From the NCBI GenBank assembly GCA_963662665.2, contig CAXXJS010000061.1:192001-256000 (forward strand): a DNA stretch of 64,000 bases. The letters run 5' to 3'. Shown in pieces: positions 8,871-18,855 of this stretch. The notes under the pieces were generated by a model, which did not search any database, was not told where the DNA came from, and worked only from the letters and a program-made list of their open reading frames with translations. A program made the translations under genes and the position numbers. Numbering within the stretch: the stretch's first letter is position 1; each line of letters starts with the position of its first letter. Source of the stretch: Candidatus Latescibacterota bacterium. GTDB lineage: Bacteria > Latescibacterota > UBA2968 > GCA-2709665.

Positions 8871-10361
8871 TCAGAGGACGCCTGTCCCGTCCTCCAGTAA
8901 CTGCCGAAACCGGTCATAGGCTTCTTCCCACGCGTCCTTTTCTTTCGGAACGTAGGTCACAATTTCCGTGGAATTGCGTACGACTTCGCGGATACCTGCC
9001 AGAGAGTCGATTTCCCGCCGGGCGTATGCCTGCATCAGGATGTTGCCCAGGGCCGTGGCCTCCGCCGGGCCGGCGACGACAATCCGTCCGGCCGCATTGG
9101 CGGTAAACTGGTTCAACAGGGCGTTGCGGATACCGCCGCCCACGACGTGGATGGTGGCCAGATTCCTGTTCAGTACCGATTCGAGATCCTCCAGGACGCA
9201 TCGGCACTTGAGGGCAAGGCTTTCAAGGGCGCATCGGATAACCTCGCCTTCGGTGGCGGGAACGGTTTGACCCGTACGTCTGCAATAGGCGCGGATGCGG
9301 GCCGGCATGTCTCCCGGCTCCAGGAAGTCCGAATGGTCGGGGTCGATGAACGCGGTCAGTGCGGGGGCCGCTTCCGCCATACGGACGAGGTCGGCGAAGG
9401 AAAACGCGCTACCCTGGTTTTCCCAGATGCGTTTGCATTCCTGGACTGTCCAGAGACCGGTGATGTTCTTGAGGAAGCGGTAAGTGCCGCATACGCCTCC
9501 CTCGTTGGTGAAGTTGTGGCGAAGCGCTTCCCGGGTGACGGCCGGCACCGGCAGTTCCGCGCCGAGCAACGCCCACGTGCCGGAGCTGATATAGGCCGCT
9601 CCGCTGTCAGAGAACGGCACGGCCGCCACGGCCGATCCGGTGTCGTGACACGCCGGAGCGATGACGTCGACAGACGCGATGCCGGCATCGGCGGCAATCT
9701 CCGGACGAAGCGGGCCCAGGGACGTGCCCGGAGGGACGATTTCGGGAAGCATGTCAACCGGAACGTCAAGCCGGTTCAGCAGGTCCATTGCCCAGGCGTC
9801 CGTCCTCGGGTTGTAGAACTGCGTGGTGGTGGCGTTCGAGAATTCACAGACCTTTCGTCCGGTCAGCCAGAAGTTGAACAGGTCCGGCATCATCAGAAAT
9901 GTACGGGCCATGCGCAGTTGCTGAGAATTCCTTTCTACCATGGACAGGAGTTGATAGAGTGTGTTGATCTCCAGAAACTGCAAACCGGTCTGTTCGAATA
10001 TTTCCTCTCTGGAGACCCGGCTGAATGCCCTCTCCATCATTCCGCTGACGCGGGGATCCCGGTAACAATGAGGATTCCCCAGGAGTTGATCGCCGGCGTC
10101 CAGGAGCGCGAAATCCACGCCCCACGTGTCGATACCAATGCCAGCGATTTCCGGACCCGAGATCCGAACGCAATTTCGAAGCCCTGCGAGCATTTCCTCA
10201 TAGAGCCGCAGGGCGTCCCAGTAGAGGCCTCCCGGCACGGATACGGGGCCGTTGGAGAAGCGGTGGATTTCTTCGAGTTCGACAGCGCTTCCGTCGAAGC
10301 GGCCGATAACGGCACGGCCGCTGGATGCGCCGAGATCGTAGGCCAGATAGGTCTGCGGCAT
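8871..10361 (-). CDS. rhaB: Rhamnulokinase (FGGY kinase)
   Basis: DLGASSGR, EIHRF, IGIDTWGVDF, HDTGSA, ISSGTW, FTNEGG, FLKNITGLW. Confidence 0.85.
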   Translation of the reverse strand: MPQTYLAYDLGASSGRAVIGRFDGSAVELEEIHRFSNGPVSVPGGLYWDALRLYEEMLAGLRNCVRISGPEIAGIGIDTWGVDFALLDAGDQLLGNPHCYRDPRVSGMMERAFSRVSREEIFEQTGLQFLEINTLYQLLSMVERNSQQLRMARTFLMMPDLFNFWLTGRKVCEFSNATTTQFYNPRTDAWAMDLLNRLDVPVDMLPEIVPPGTSLGPLRPEIAADAGIASVDVIAPACHDTGSAVAAVPFSDSGAAYISSGTWALLGAELPVPAVTREALRHNFTNEGGVCGTYRFLKNITGLWTVQECKRIWENQGSAFSFADLVRMAEAAPALTAFIDPDHSDFLEPGDMPARIRAYCRRTGQTVPATEGEVIRCALESLALKCRCVLEDLESVLNRNLATIHVVGGGIRNALLNQFTANAAGRIVVAGPAEATALGNILMQAYARREIDSLAGIREVVRNSTEIVTYVPKEKDAWEEAYDRFRQLLEDGTGVL

Positions 10362-10593
10362 TGCGCCTCCTTCCAGATCGCCATTAGATGTTAGATTGCT
10401 CCTGCGCCGCCGCGGAATCCGATTGCCTCGGAGATCGATCCCGGCTTCCGGTTGTGCGGGGTTCGATCTTTTGCGATATTATGCGATGCGGCGCGGGGTG
10501 TCAAGTGTTTCGTCGCATCGGGAACACGCGCCGCCGGAAGTTCCGGGATGGGTCGTGAACGACGTACGCCAGTCTGATCGTGAGAGGGCGTGA

Positions 10594-11733
10594 ATGCCGG
10601 AAGAGCCGACGGTGGCGCACTGCGCGAACCCGTTCCTTACCATGACCATGGTCTGGTGTTACGACCAGATTCGCTCGTTGAAGCGATATCGACCGATCGT
10701 GTTGACCCAGGCGCGGCAGAATGAGCGCGTGTTTCCGGTTGAGATGCTCTATTCCAGCGAAGATCTGCCCCGGTTGCGCCGATCCGCCTACCGGGTGGTC
10801 CGCAAGATCCGGGGAACGTACGCGGGTTACGGGGGAATTCTTCAGGAGGAACGCGCCGCAATCATCCACGCCCATTTCGGGCAGGAGGGATATTTCTGTC
10901 TGGCGGCGCGCCGAAGCGCCGGGGTCCCAATGGTCACCACCTTCTACGGGATGGATGCTTCCGCACTGCCCCGAAAGCGGCTGTGGAGACGACGGTTCCA
11001 GCGGCTGTTCCGCGAGGCGGAACTCTTTCTGGTTGAAGGTCCGATAATGGGCGAATCGCTGGTCACCATCGGCTGTGCCTATGAGAAAGTACACGTGCAC
11101 CGGCTGGGCGTCGATCTCGGGAAGATTCGCAAGGCGTCGCCGGAGGCAAGACATGAGGCTGTGGTATTGATGTATGCCAATTTCCGTGAAAAAAAGGGAC
11201 ACGTGTACGGGCTCAGGGCCTGCCGCAGGATTCTGGGGTCTCATCCGGGCCTGAAGGTGCGCATTATCGGCGATGGAGACCTGCGCGCGGAGTTGGAAAG
11301 AGAGATCCGGCGGCTCGGTCTCGGAGACCGGGTGGACCTGCTGGGCGCGTTGCCTCACGAGACGTGCCTGGATGAACTCGGACGGGCTTCCGTGTTGTTG
11401 TATCCGAGCGTGACCGCCGCCGACGGCGACACCGAAGGCGGCGCGCCCGTGGCGTTGATCGAGGCCATGGCCTCGGGGCTGGCGATCGTGTCCTCCCTGC
11501 ACGCGGACATCCCCACGGTGGCGCCCGACGGGCGGTGCGCGTTGTTGTTTCCGGAGCGGGACGTGGACGGACTGGCCGAGGGCCTGGATGCACTGCTTCG
11601 GTCCAGCCGGTTACGGGAGGAATTGGGCACGGCGGGAAGGACGCACGTGGAAGACGCGCACGATATGCGGAAGCAGGGCGGGCGGCTGGAAACGTTGTAC
11701 GACCGCGTAATATCGTCGGCGAAGCCTGGGTAG
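10594..11733 (+). CDS. Glycosyltransferase family 4 (WcaL-like)
   Basis: IHAHFG, EKKG, PSVTAADGDTEGGAPVALIEAMASG. Confidence 0.88.
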   Translation: MPEEPTVAHCANPFLTMTMVWCYDQIRSLKRYRPIVLTQARQNERVFPVEMLYSSEDLPRLRRSAYRVVRKIRGTYAGYGGILQEERAAIIHAHFGQEGYFCLAARRSAGVPMVTTFYGMDASALPRKRLWRRRFQRLFREAELFLVEGPIMGESLVTIGCAYEKVHVHRLGVDLGKIRKASPEARHEAVVLMYANFREKKGHVYGLRACRRILGSHPGLKVRIIGDGDLRAELEREIRRLGLGDRVDLLGALPHETCLDELGRASVLLYPSVTAADGDTEGGAPVALIEAMASGLAIVSSLHADIPTVAPDGRCALLFPERDVDGLAEGLDALLRSSRLREELGTAGRTHVEDAHDMRKQGGRLETLYDRVISSAKPG

Positions 11734-11776
11734 AAACACTTGAATCAGATTTGGTGGACTACGGTGGCGTCCGTCA

Positions 11777-11805
11777 TTGACATCGCAACGGATCGCGGTT
11801 ATTTT
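11777..11805 (+). promoter_or_regulatory. Sigma70-type promoter TTGACA-N17-TATTTT
   Basis: Exact -35 hexamer with 17-nt spacer, 47 nt upstream of the PhyH start. Same pattern precedes both tRNAs. Confidence 0.6.
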
Positions 11806-11852
11806 CCGTCGTTAATGCTCGATGGCCCGGGCCCTGCAAGTTTGGAAACTCA

Positions 11853-12698
11853 ATGGAAATAACTCGTGAAAAAGTGAAGGCATACCGGAAACAGGGATTT
11901 CTGGTTGTCGAAGGGCTGTTGAGCGACGAGGACGTCGAGGCCATTCGTGCGGACGCGGTAAAGCTCTGTCGCGGAGAGTATAAGAGCGAGAATCTGAAGC
12001 CGGTATCGGACGATACGTCGGATACCGAAGCGATCTCCCGCTTTCTTTGTATTCACCAACCTCACCATATCAGTCCGTCTATGCGAAGGGCGGTGGCCCA
12101 TCCCGCCGTTTCACGGGCACTGGCGCGGTTGGTGGCGCCAGACGTGAAGTGCATGCAGTCGATGCTGTTCATCAAGCCGCCGCAGTTTCCGGGGCAGGCC
12201 TGGCATCAGGACGAGGTGTATATTCCCACGCGGGACCGCAGCCTCACCGGCGCATGGTTCGCCCTGGACGACGTGACGGTGGAGAACGGCTGTATGTGGG
12301 TACTGCCGGGTTCCCACCGGAATGGCTATCTCTATCCGCAACGCGCGCACGGCCGGCCCGAGGAATTCGATTTTGCTCAGGAGTCCTACGGATTTGACGA
12401 AAGCGGTGAGATACCGGTGGTGTGTCGCGCCGGCGCGGTGGTTTTCTTCAACGGCTACCTGCTGCACCGGTCCCGCAAGAACCGGTCGAACCGTTTTCGA
12501 CGGGTGCTGGTGAACCACTATATGAACGCCTACTCGCTGCTGCCCTGGCATCGCCCGGAGGACGGGCGGATGGCGCTGGCCGACTACCGCGGCATCGTGA
12601 TGGTGGCGGGAGACGACCCGTACGCGTGGAAGGGTACGGTGGAAGGCGGCGACGCCCACGTCCGATCGTTTGATCCCGCAGCCTTGCAGACACAGTAG
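11853..12698 (+). CDS. Phytanoyl-CoA dioxygenase (PhyH) family Fe(II)/2OG enzyme
   Basis: QAWHQD, W.ALDD...ENGC..VLPGSH, LLHRS..N...RR. Confidence 0.9.
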   Translation: MEITREKVKAYRKQGFLVVEGLLSDEDVEAIRADAVKLCRGEYKSENLKPVSDDTSDTEAISRFLCIHQPHHISPSMRRAVAHPAVSRALARLVAPDVKCMQSMLFIKPPQFPGQAWHQDEVYIPTRDRSLTGAWFALDDVTVENGCMWVLPGSHRNGYLYPQRAHGRPEEFDFAQESYGFDESGEIPVVCRAGAVVFFNGYLLHRSRKNRSNRFRRVLVNHYMNAYSLLPWHRPEDGRMALADYRGIVMVAGDDPYAWKGTVEGGDAHVRSFDPAALQTQ

Positions 12699-12736
12699 CG
12701 GCGGGTTCCCAATAACCGGTCAATTGCAAAGCGCAT

Positions 12737-14101
12737 ATGGATACCATGACAGCTCAAATGGCAACGGACGAAGCGGCCGTTGAACGGCCTGAGGCCTGTC
12801 ACGTGATGGCGAAGCCATCGGGTGCGGTCTGTAATATAGACTGCAAGTACTGCTTTTACCTGGAGAAGGAAAAGCTGTACCCGGACGCAGGCAGGGACTG
12901 GCGGATGGACGATGAATCGCTGGAGCTGTACGTCCGGCACTACATCGAAGCGCAGGACGTCCCCGAGGTACATTTCGCCTGGCAGGGCGGAGAGCCAACG
13001 CTGCTGGGCGTGGAATTCTACCGCAGGGCAACAGACCTTCAGGCTCGATATGCCAACGGCAAGACAATCACAAACGCGTTCCAGACCAACGGGATTCTGC
13101 TCGATGACGAATGGGGCGAGTTCCTCGCGGAACACCGGTTCCTCGTTGGGCTGTCCGTGGACGGACCGAGGGAGATGCACGACCGGTACCGGGTGGACAA
13201 AGGCGGGAGCCCCACGTTCGACAAGGTGATGGCGGGCCTGGAAATCCTGAAAAAACACAGCGTGGAGTACAATACGCTCACGGTATTGCAGGCCCACAAC
13301 GCGGATTACCCGGTGGAAGTCTATCGCTTTCTCAAGTCCATCGGCAGCCGGTACATGCAGTTTATCCCGATTGTGGAGCGGATCGCGGACGCGCCCGGTG
13401 AGGACCTGCTGCAGCTCGTGGCGCCGGAGTTCGACGGACGCGCCCAGGTTTCGCAGTGGTCGGTAGGATCGGCGCAATACGGTCGATTCCTTTGTGATGT
13501 CTTCGACCAATGGGTCAGGCGGGACGTGGGCCGGTATTTCGTCCAGATGTTCGATATCGCGCTTGGAAGCTGGATGGGCCAGGACGCCAGCCTCTGCATT
13601 TTTGCGGAAACGTGCGGCAAGGCGCTTATTATCGAACACAACGGCGATTTATATTCCTGCGACCACTTTGTGTATCCCCGGTACAATCTTGGCAACGTCC
13701 GCGACAAGAGTATCAGGGAGATGGTGGCCAGTCCCCTTCAGGAGAAATTCGGATCCGATAAGCGCGACACGCTGCCGGCGTATTGCAGGGCCTGCGACTA
13801 CCGCTTCGCATGCAACGGGGGCTGCCCCAAACAGAGGTTCATCCACACCCCCGACGGGGAGGCGGGGCTGAATTACCTGTGCAGGGGGTACAAGATGTTC
13901 TTCGGACACGTGGACCCCTACATGCGAATGATGTCGAAGGAGCTTGCGGGCGGCCGGCCAGCTGCGAACGTGATGCACCGGGTTCGCGCCCGTGAAGAGC
14001 GGCAGGCGGCGGCGCGCGCCCGTCGCACGGGTCGGAACGAGCCATGTCCATGCGGCAGCGGAAGGAAATTCAAGCGGTGTTGCGGCGCTGCCGCAAGCTG
14101 A
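12737..14101 (+). CDS. Anaerobic sulfatase maturase-family radical SAM/SPASM protein with SEC-C tail
   Basis: CNIDCKYC, WQGGEPTL, YSCDHFV, CxxCxxxxxCxGGCPK, GRNEPCPCGSGRKFKRCCG. Confidence 0.9.
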   Translation: MDTMTAQMATDEAAVERPEACHVMAKPSGAVCNIDCKYCFYLEKEKLYPDAGRDWRMDDESLELYVRHYIEAQDVPEVHFAWQGGEPTLLGVEFYRRATDLQARYANGKTITNAFQTNGILLDDEWGEFLAEHRFLVGLSVDGPREMHDRYRVDKGGSPTFDKVMAGLEILKKHSVEYNTLTVLQAHNADYPVEVYRFLKSIGSRYMQFIPIVERIADAPGEDLLQLVAPEFDGRAQVSQWSVGSAQYGRFLCDVFDQWVRRDVGRYFVQMFDIALGSWMGQDASLCIFAETCGKALIIEHNGDLYSCDHFVYPRYNLGNVRDKSIREMVASPLQEKFGSDKRDTLPAYCRACDYRFACNGGCPKQRFIHTPDGEAGLNYLCRGYKMFFGHVDPYMRMMSKELAGGRPAANVMHRVRAREERQAAARARRTGRNEPCPCGSGRKFKRCCGAAAS

Positions 14102-14198
14102 TAGTTTTGGCTTGACTTTTGTTCTGTGCGGTGCGATCATCCGTACCCGTGTCTTTGATGTCGGGTGCGTTTTTTTTGTGCTTTTCGGGAGCGAACAA

Positions 14199-15104
14199 AT
14201 GTGCGGAATTGTAGGGTTTTGGAACCGGCAGAAGGACACCAGCGGACTCGGGCGGACCGTATTGAAAATGCTGGACGCTCTGGATTGCCGCGGGCCGGAT
14301 TCCGCCGGCGTGGCACTCTATGGCGAAGGACAAAACGGGCGCCTGGTATTGCGTGTAAGTCTGGGCGACCGCGGCGACTACGAAGCAACGGCCCGGCAGG
14401 TCGTCGCGAGGACCGAAGCATTCGGCGCCGTTTCCGATTGGGCTCGAACAGAGGAATACCTGCGGCTTGTTGTCGCCTATGGAGGCGAAGCGGGGCAGCT
14501 CGAGCAGGCAATCGAAGCCGCGGGCGAGGGTGTGGAGGTGGTGAGTATGGGGCGGCGGCTGGAAATCGTCAAGCAGGTGGGGTCCCCACGCAACCTGGAC
14601 GGATCGTATCGGGTTTCCGGCTTCGAAGGGACGCACGGAATCGGCCATACCCGCCTTTCCACGGAGTCACGAATCGATCTGAGCCATTCCCAGCCGTTCT
14701 GGGCCCACGGACATCCGGACCTGGCAATTGTTCACAACGGCCACATTACCAACTATCACAAGTTGCGGCGGATATACGAGCAGGATGGCGCGCGGTTCTA
14801 TACGGAGAACGATTCCGAAATCATCGGGATGTACCTGCGCCGGCAACTGGCGGACGGCATGGATCTGGAAGAGGCCATGGCCGCCTCGCTTATTGAATTG
14901 GACGGCTCCTTCAGCTATCTGGTGGCCACGCCGGACGCCGTCGGCTTCGTTCGGGATCCCTATGCGTTTAAGCCGCTGCTTTTTGCGGAAACGGATGATT
15001 TTGCGGCTGTTGCAACGGAAGAAATCGCGTTCCGTTCGGCCCTTTGTGGAGACTACGACGTGGTTGAGGCGCGGGCAAAGGACATGCGACTATGGCGCAA
15101 CTGA
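14199..15104 (+). CDS. Class II glutamine amidotransferase, N-methylglutamate synthase A/GlxB-like (copy 1)
   Basis: Starts MCGIVG (Ntn Cys). RGPDSAG, IGHTRLSTES, HNGHITNY, NDSE. Confidence 0.85.
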   Translation: MCGIVGFWNRQKDTSGLGRTVLKMLDALDCRGPDSAGVALYGEGQNGRLVLRVSLGDRGDYEATARQVVARTEAFGAVSDWARTEEYLRLVVAYGGEAGQLEQAIEAAGEGVEVVSMGRRLEIVKQVGSPRNLDGSYRVSGFEGTHGIGHTRLSTESRIDLSHSQPFWAHGHPDLAIVHNGHITNYHKLRRIYEQDGARFYTENDSEIIGMYLRRQLADGMDLEEAMAASLIELDGSFSYLVATPDAVGFVRDPYAFKPLLFAETDDFAAVATEEIAFRSALCGDYDVVEARAKDMRLWRN

Positions 15105-15787
15105 CCTGCAACGGAAAGTCGACCCGGGAGATTAACAGAGAAATCAGGGCGTTCGTTGCAGCGGGTGAAGGAGACGTGCGTGTTCTGGATCCGGGTGCGC
15201 GCCACAATCTCGGGGTGGCCCTCCTGGATCCTGTGCACCTCACACTGGATGGCAGCGTGGGATACTACTGCGCCGGAATGATCGACGGGGCAACCGTGGA
15301 AGTAAAGGGCAGCGCGGGTTGGGGGCTGGCGGAATCGATGATGAGCGGGACGGTGATTGTGCACGGCAACGCCGGCAACGGCACTGCGGCGTCTATTCGC
15401 GGTGGAACCGTGGTGGTGCGGGGTCATGCCTCTTCCCGGCTGGGTGTGGCCATGAAGGGCGGGTTGATTGTCGTCGGCGGAGACTGCGGCTATATGGCCG
15501 GTTTTATGGGACAGAGGGGGCGTATCATTGTCTGCGGCGATACGGGAGAAGCGTTTGCCGACTCGATGTACGAGACTGAATGTTTCGTGGGTGGAGAGAT
15601 CGCGGAACTCGGCAACGATGCGGTGGTCGAGACGCCCAGCGAGAGCGAATTCGGGTTTCTGAGAACCGCCATAGCGGACCACCTGGGCAGGCGCCGGGAT
15701 CCGGCGGGATTCAGGAAAGTGGTTGCGGGTCGCAAACTCTGGAATTTCGACAAAGACGAACGTGCGGTGTGGCGGGAAGCGCTGTAA
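15092..15787 (+). CDS. GXGXG-repeat glutamate synthase-like subunit, MgsB/GlxC-like (copy 1)
   Basis: Repeated GxxG..MxGG motifs, FADSMY, VVAGRKLWNF. Confidence 0.85.
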   Translation: MAQLTCNGKSTREINREIRAFVAAGEGDVRVLDPGARHNLGVALLDPVHLTLDGSVGYYCAGMIDGATVEVKGSAGWGLAESMMSGTVIVHGNAGNGTAASIRGGTVVVRGHASSRLGVAMKGGLIVVGGDCGYMAGFMGQRGRIIVCGDTGEAFADSMYETECFVGGEIAELGNDAVVETPSESEFGFLRTAIADHLGRRRDPAGFRKVVAGRKLWNFDKDERAVWREAL

Positions 15788-15860
15788 CGCGAAGGATCCG
15801 GCGGTTCTTCAATGGGGTCGGGCCGCGTCGCAATCTGAACTTATCCCGAACAGGGTGATT

Positions 15861-17207
15861 ATGGCCGAAGAACATAACGGAAGTTATCGCCCGGCGCAGG
15901 CCAGCGGTACGTTCACGCCGGCCGTCATCGAGGACATCCAGGTCAAGGCCGAATTGGGGCGGTACCGGATTCGGGGGTTCGGCACGTTGCGGGAACGGCG
16001 GTGGCCGACATTCGACGACCTGACCTTCATTCCCTGCACGCTCACCCGTATTCCGCTGGAGGGATACCGCGAGCGCTGCTCGGCGCAAACGGTTCTTGGC
16101 GGCCGTTCTGCGGAAAAGCCCATCGTTCTGGATACGCCCATTATGATAACCGGCATGAGTTGGGGCGCGCTGTCCTTCAACGCCAAGGCGGCGCTTGCCC
16201 GCGGCGCCAATATGGTCGGATCCTCGAATACGACCGGCGACGGGGGGATGCTGAAAGCGGAACGAGAGGAAAGCAAGGTGCTGGTCTACGAGGTTCTGCC
16301 ATCCCGGTACGGAATTGACGTTCACGATCTCCGGGTCGCCGACGGGATTGAACTGACCATCGGGCAGGGGGCGAAGCCCGGCACAGGCGGATTGCTGCTT
16401 GGGGCAAAGGTGCTCGGCGACGTGGCGTCACAGAGGGACCTGCCCATCGGCGTGGATCAGCGGAGTCCGGCGCGGCACCCGGATTTCCTGGGTCCGGACG
16501 ACATGATCATCAAGATCGAGGAGTTGCGCGAGGCCACGGACTGGCAGGTTCCCATATTCGTCAAGATGGGCGCCACGCGGGTCTTCGACGATGTACGCCT
16601 GGCGGCAAAGGCAGGGGCAGACGTGGTTGTCGTGGACGGCATGGAGGGCGGCACCGGTGCGTCGGCGGAAATCTGCCAGGAGCATACGGGTGTACCCACG
16701 CTGGCGGCTGTGTGCGAGGCGCGGGCTGCCCTCGAAAACATTGGCATGTACGGGCAGGTGCAGTTGATCATCGCGGGGGGCATCCGGAACGGCGTGGACG
16801 CGGCCAAGGCCATGGCGCTGGGCGCCGATGCAGTTTACATCGGCACGGCGGCGCTGATGGCATTGAACTGTAACAGGCCCATTTTTGTGGAGGACTACAA
16901 GGCGCTGGGCGCGGAGCCGTATCACTGCCATCACTGCCATACCGGTCGCTGTCCGGTAGGTATTACCACACAGGACCCCGATCTGATGGCGCGCCTCCAC
17001 GTGGACGAAGCGGCAGAGCGGGTGGCCAACCTGCTCCAGGCAATGACGTCCGAAATACAGATTCTGGCGCGTGCATGCGGCAAGGCCGACGTGCACGATC
17101 TGGAGCCGGAAGATATGCGCGCATTGACCTCCGAGGCGTCCATGATCTGCAATCTTCCCCTCGTCGGCACGAACCGTATCGTGGGGGGTGGGCCCGGCTG
17201 GCAGTGA
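15861..17207 (+). CDS. FMN-binding glutamate synthase family subunit, MgsC/GlxD-like
   Basis: MSWGALS, TTGDGG, GQGAKPGTGG, RSPARHPD, VDGMEGGTGA, GGIRNGVD, CHHCHTGRCPVGITTQD. Confidence 0.9.
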   Translation: MAEEHNGSYRPAQASGTFTPAVIEDIQVKAELGRYRIRGFGTLRERRWPTFDDLTFIPCTLTRIPLEGYRERCSAQTVLGGRSAEKPIVLDTPIMITGMSWGALSFNAKAALARGANMVGSSNTTGDGGMLKAEREESKVLVYEVLPSRYGIDVHDLRVADGIELTIGQGAKPGTGGLLLGAKVLGDVASQRDLPIGVDQRSPARHPDFLGPDDMIIKIEELREATDWQVPIFVKMGATRVFDDVRLAAKAGADVVVVDGMEGGTGASAEICQEHTGVPTLAAVCEARAALENIGMYGQVQLIIAGGIRNGVDAAKAMALGADAVYIGTAALMALNCNRPIFVEDYKALGAEPYHCHHCHTGRCPVGITTQDPDLMARLHVDEAAERVANLLQAMTSEIQILARACGKADVHDLEPEDMRALTSEASMICNLPLVGTNRIVGGGPGWQ

Positions 17208-17252
17208 ACAGCCCGACGCACCCTGCTGAGTACAGCATCTGAGGACAATGTC

Positions 17253-18491
17253 GTGTCGTTCAAGCTGATCCGACAGGCGCTTAATGGAAACGGGCTATTG
17301 CCAAGGATGTGGCGGTCCCATCCGGTCAGGGACCGTTACGACGTGGTGATTGTCGGAGGAGGAGCGCACGGACTGGCCTGCGCTTACTATCTGGCGGCCG
17401 AGCACGGCATCACGGACGTGGCGGTAATTGAAAGAGGATATATCGGTTCCGGCGGGAGCGGCCGGAATACGGCCATTATCCGAAGCAACTATCTCACGCC
17501 CGAAGGGGTGCGATTCTACGACGAAAGCGTGCGGCTGTACGAGCAGATGGCGACCGAACTGGATTTCAACGTCATGTTCAGCCAGCGCGGGCACCTGACG
17601 CTGGCCCATACCGACGGGGCGGTTCGCACGATGCGCCGGCGGGCGGAGGTGAACAGGCTTCAGGGTGTGGATTCGGAGCTTATCCCGCCCCGCGAAATCG
17701 AAAGGCTCTGCCCGGGCATCGACGTCAGCGACCATCCCCGCTATCCTATCATGGCGGCGCTCTACCATCCGCCCGGAGGAATCGTCCGTCACGACGCGGT
17801 TGTATGGGGGTACGCGCATCAGGCCGATCGGAGGGGCGTGCATATCCACCAGCAAACCGCGGTGACCGGGATAGACGTGCAGAGTGGCAGCGTTGCGGGC
17901 GTGAAGACAACCGGGGGATACATCAGGACCGGAACGGTGTTGAACGCGACGGCCGGGTGGGGTTCCACCATCGCCGACATGGCGGGCGTACGCCTGCCCC
18001 TCACCACCTTTCCGTTGCAGGCCTGCGTCACGGAGCCCCTGAAGCCGTTTCTGGACGTCGTCATCGTATCGGGAAGCCTGCACGTGTACGTGAGCCAGTC
18101 GGACCGCGGCGAGCTGGTAATGGGCGCGAGCGTGGATCCGTATACGTCCTATTCAATGGATTCTTCGCTGTCGTTCATGGAGGGTATCGCCGGGCACATG
18201 CTGGAGCTGTTCCCGTTTTTAAGCAAGGTCCGCGTGTTGCGGCAGTGGGCGGGGCTTTGCGATATGACGCCCGATTACAGTCCCATTATGGGCTTTACGC
18301 CGGTGCGTGGATTCCTGGTGGACGTGGGTTGGGGCACGTACGGCTTCAAGGCGTCCCCCATCTGCGGCCGGACCTTGGCGGAGTTGATCGCCAGTCAAGG
18401 CACGCCGGATCTGATTTATCCCTTCCGCTTGTCCAGGTTCGGGGAATTCGATCTGGTCGGTGAAAAGGGCGCGGCGTCTGTGGGACACTAG
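17253..18491 (+). CDS. soxB: Sarcosine oxidase beta-like / N-methylglutamate dehydrogenase FAD subunit
   Basis: GGGAHG, GSGRNTAIIRSNY, HDAVVWGYA, DMTPDYSPI, GWGTYGFKA. Confidence 0.88.
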   Translation: MSFKLIRQALNGNGLLPRMWRSHPVRDRYDVVIVGGGAHGLACAYYLAAEHGITDVAVIERGYIGSGGSGRNTAIIRSNYLTPEGVRFYDESVRLYEQMATELDFNVMFSQRGHLTLAHTDGAVRTMRRRAEVNRLQGVDSELIPPREIERLCPGIDVSDHPRYPIMAALYHPPGGIVRHDAVVWGYAHQADRRGVHIHQQTAVTGIDVQSGSVAGVKTTGGYIRTGTVLNATAGWGSTIADMAGVRLPLTTFPLQACVTEPLKPFLDVVIVSGSLHVYVSQSDRGELVMGASVDPYTSYSMDSSLSFMEGIAGHMLELFPFLSKVRVLRQWAGLCDMTPDYSPIMGFTPVRGFLVDVGWGTYGFKASPICGRTLAELIASQGTPDLIYPFRLSRFGEFDLVGEKGAASVGH

Positions 18492-18567
18492 CGGTGGAAT
18501 CGCGAGGCGGATTGACTCTTACAGTGATTAAGAACGCGGGTGCGCGAGGCCGGACTCTGAGCGTCTT

Positions 18568-18855
18568 ATGTTGATACTTCCCTGTCCGAATTGTGGCGAC
18601 CGGAACGTGAGCGAGTTTCGTTTCGGGGGTGAATACAATCCCCGACCCTCGGATCCTGGCGCGTGCGACGACGCGGAACTGGCCGCGTATCTTTATATGA
18701 ACGATAACAAGCTGGGCGTCGAGAAGGCGTGGTGGTATCACCAGGCGGGATGCGGTCTATGGTTCCTCGTGGAGCGGCATACAAAAACGCAACACGTGCT
18801 AAAATCGTACGTCTGGCAGGCGGACGCGGCAGGGGAGAGCGCCGATGGCGATTGA
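18568..18855 (+). CDS. soxD: Sarcosine oxidase delta-like subunit
   Basis: CPNCGDR..EF..GGE, WYHQAGCGLWF. Confidence 0.88.
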   Translation: MLILPCPNCGDRNVSEFRFGGEYNPRPSDPGACDDAELAAYLYMNDNKLGVEKAWWYHQAGCGLWFLVERHTKTQHVLKSYVWQADAAGESADGD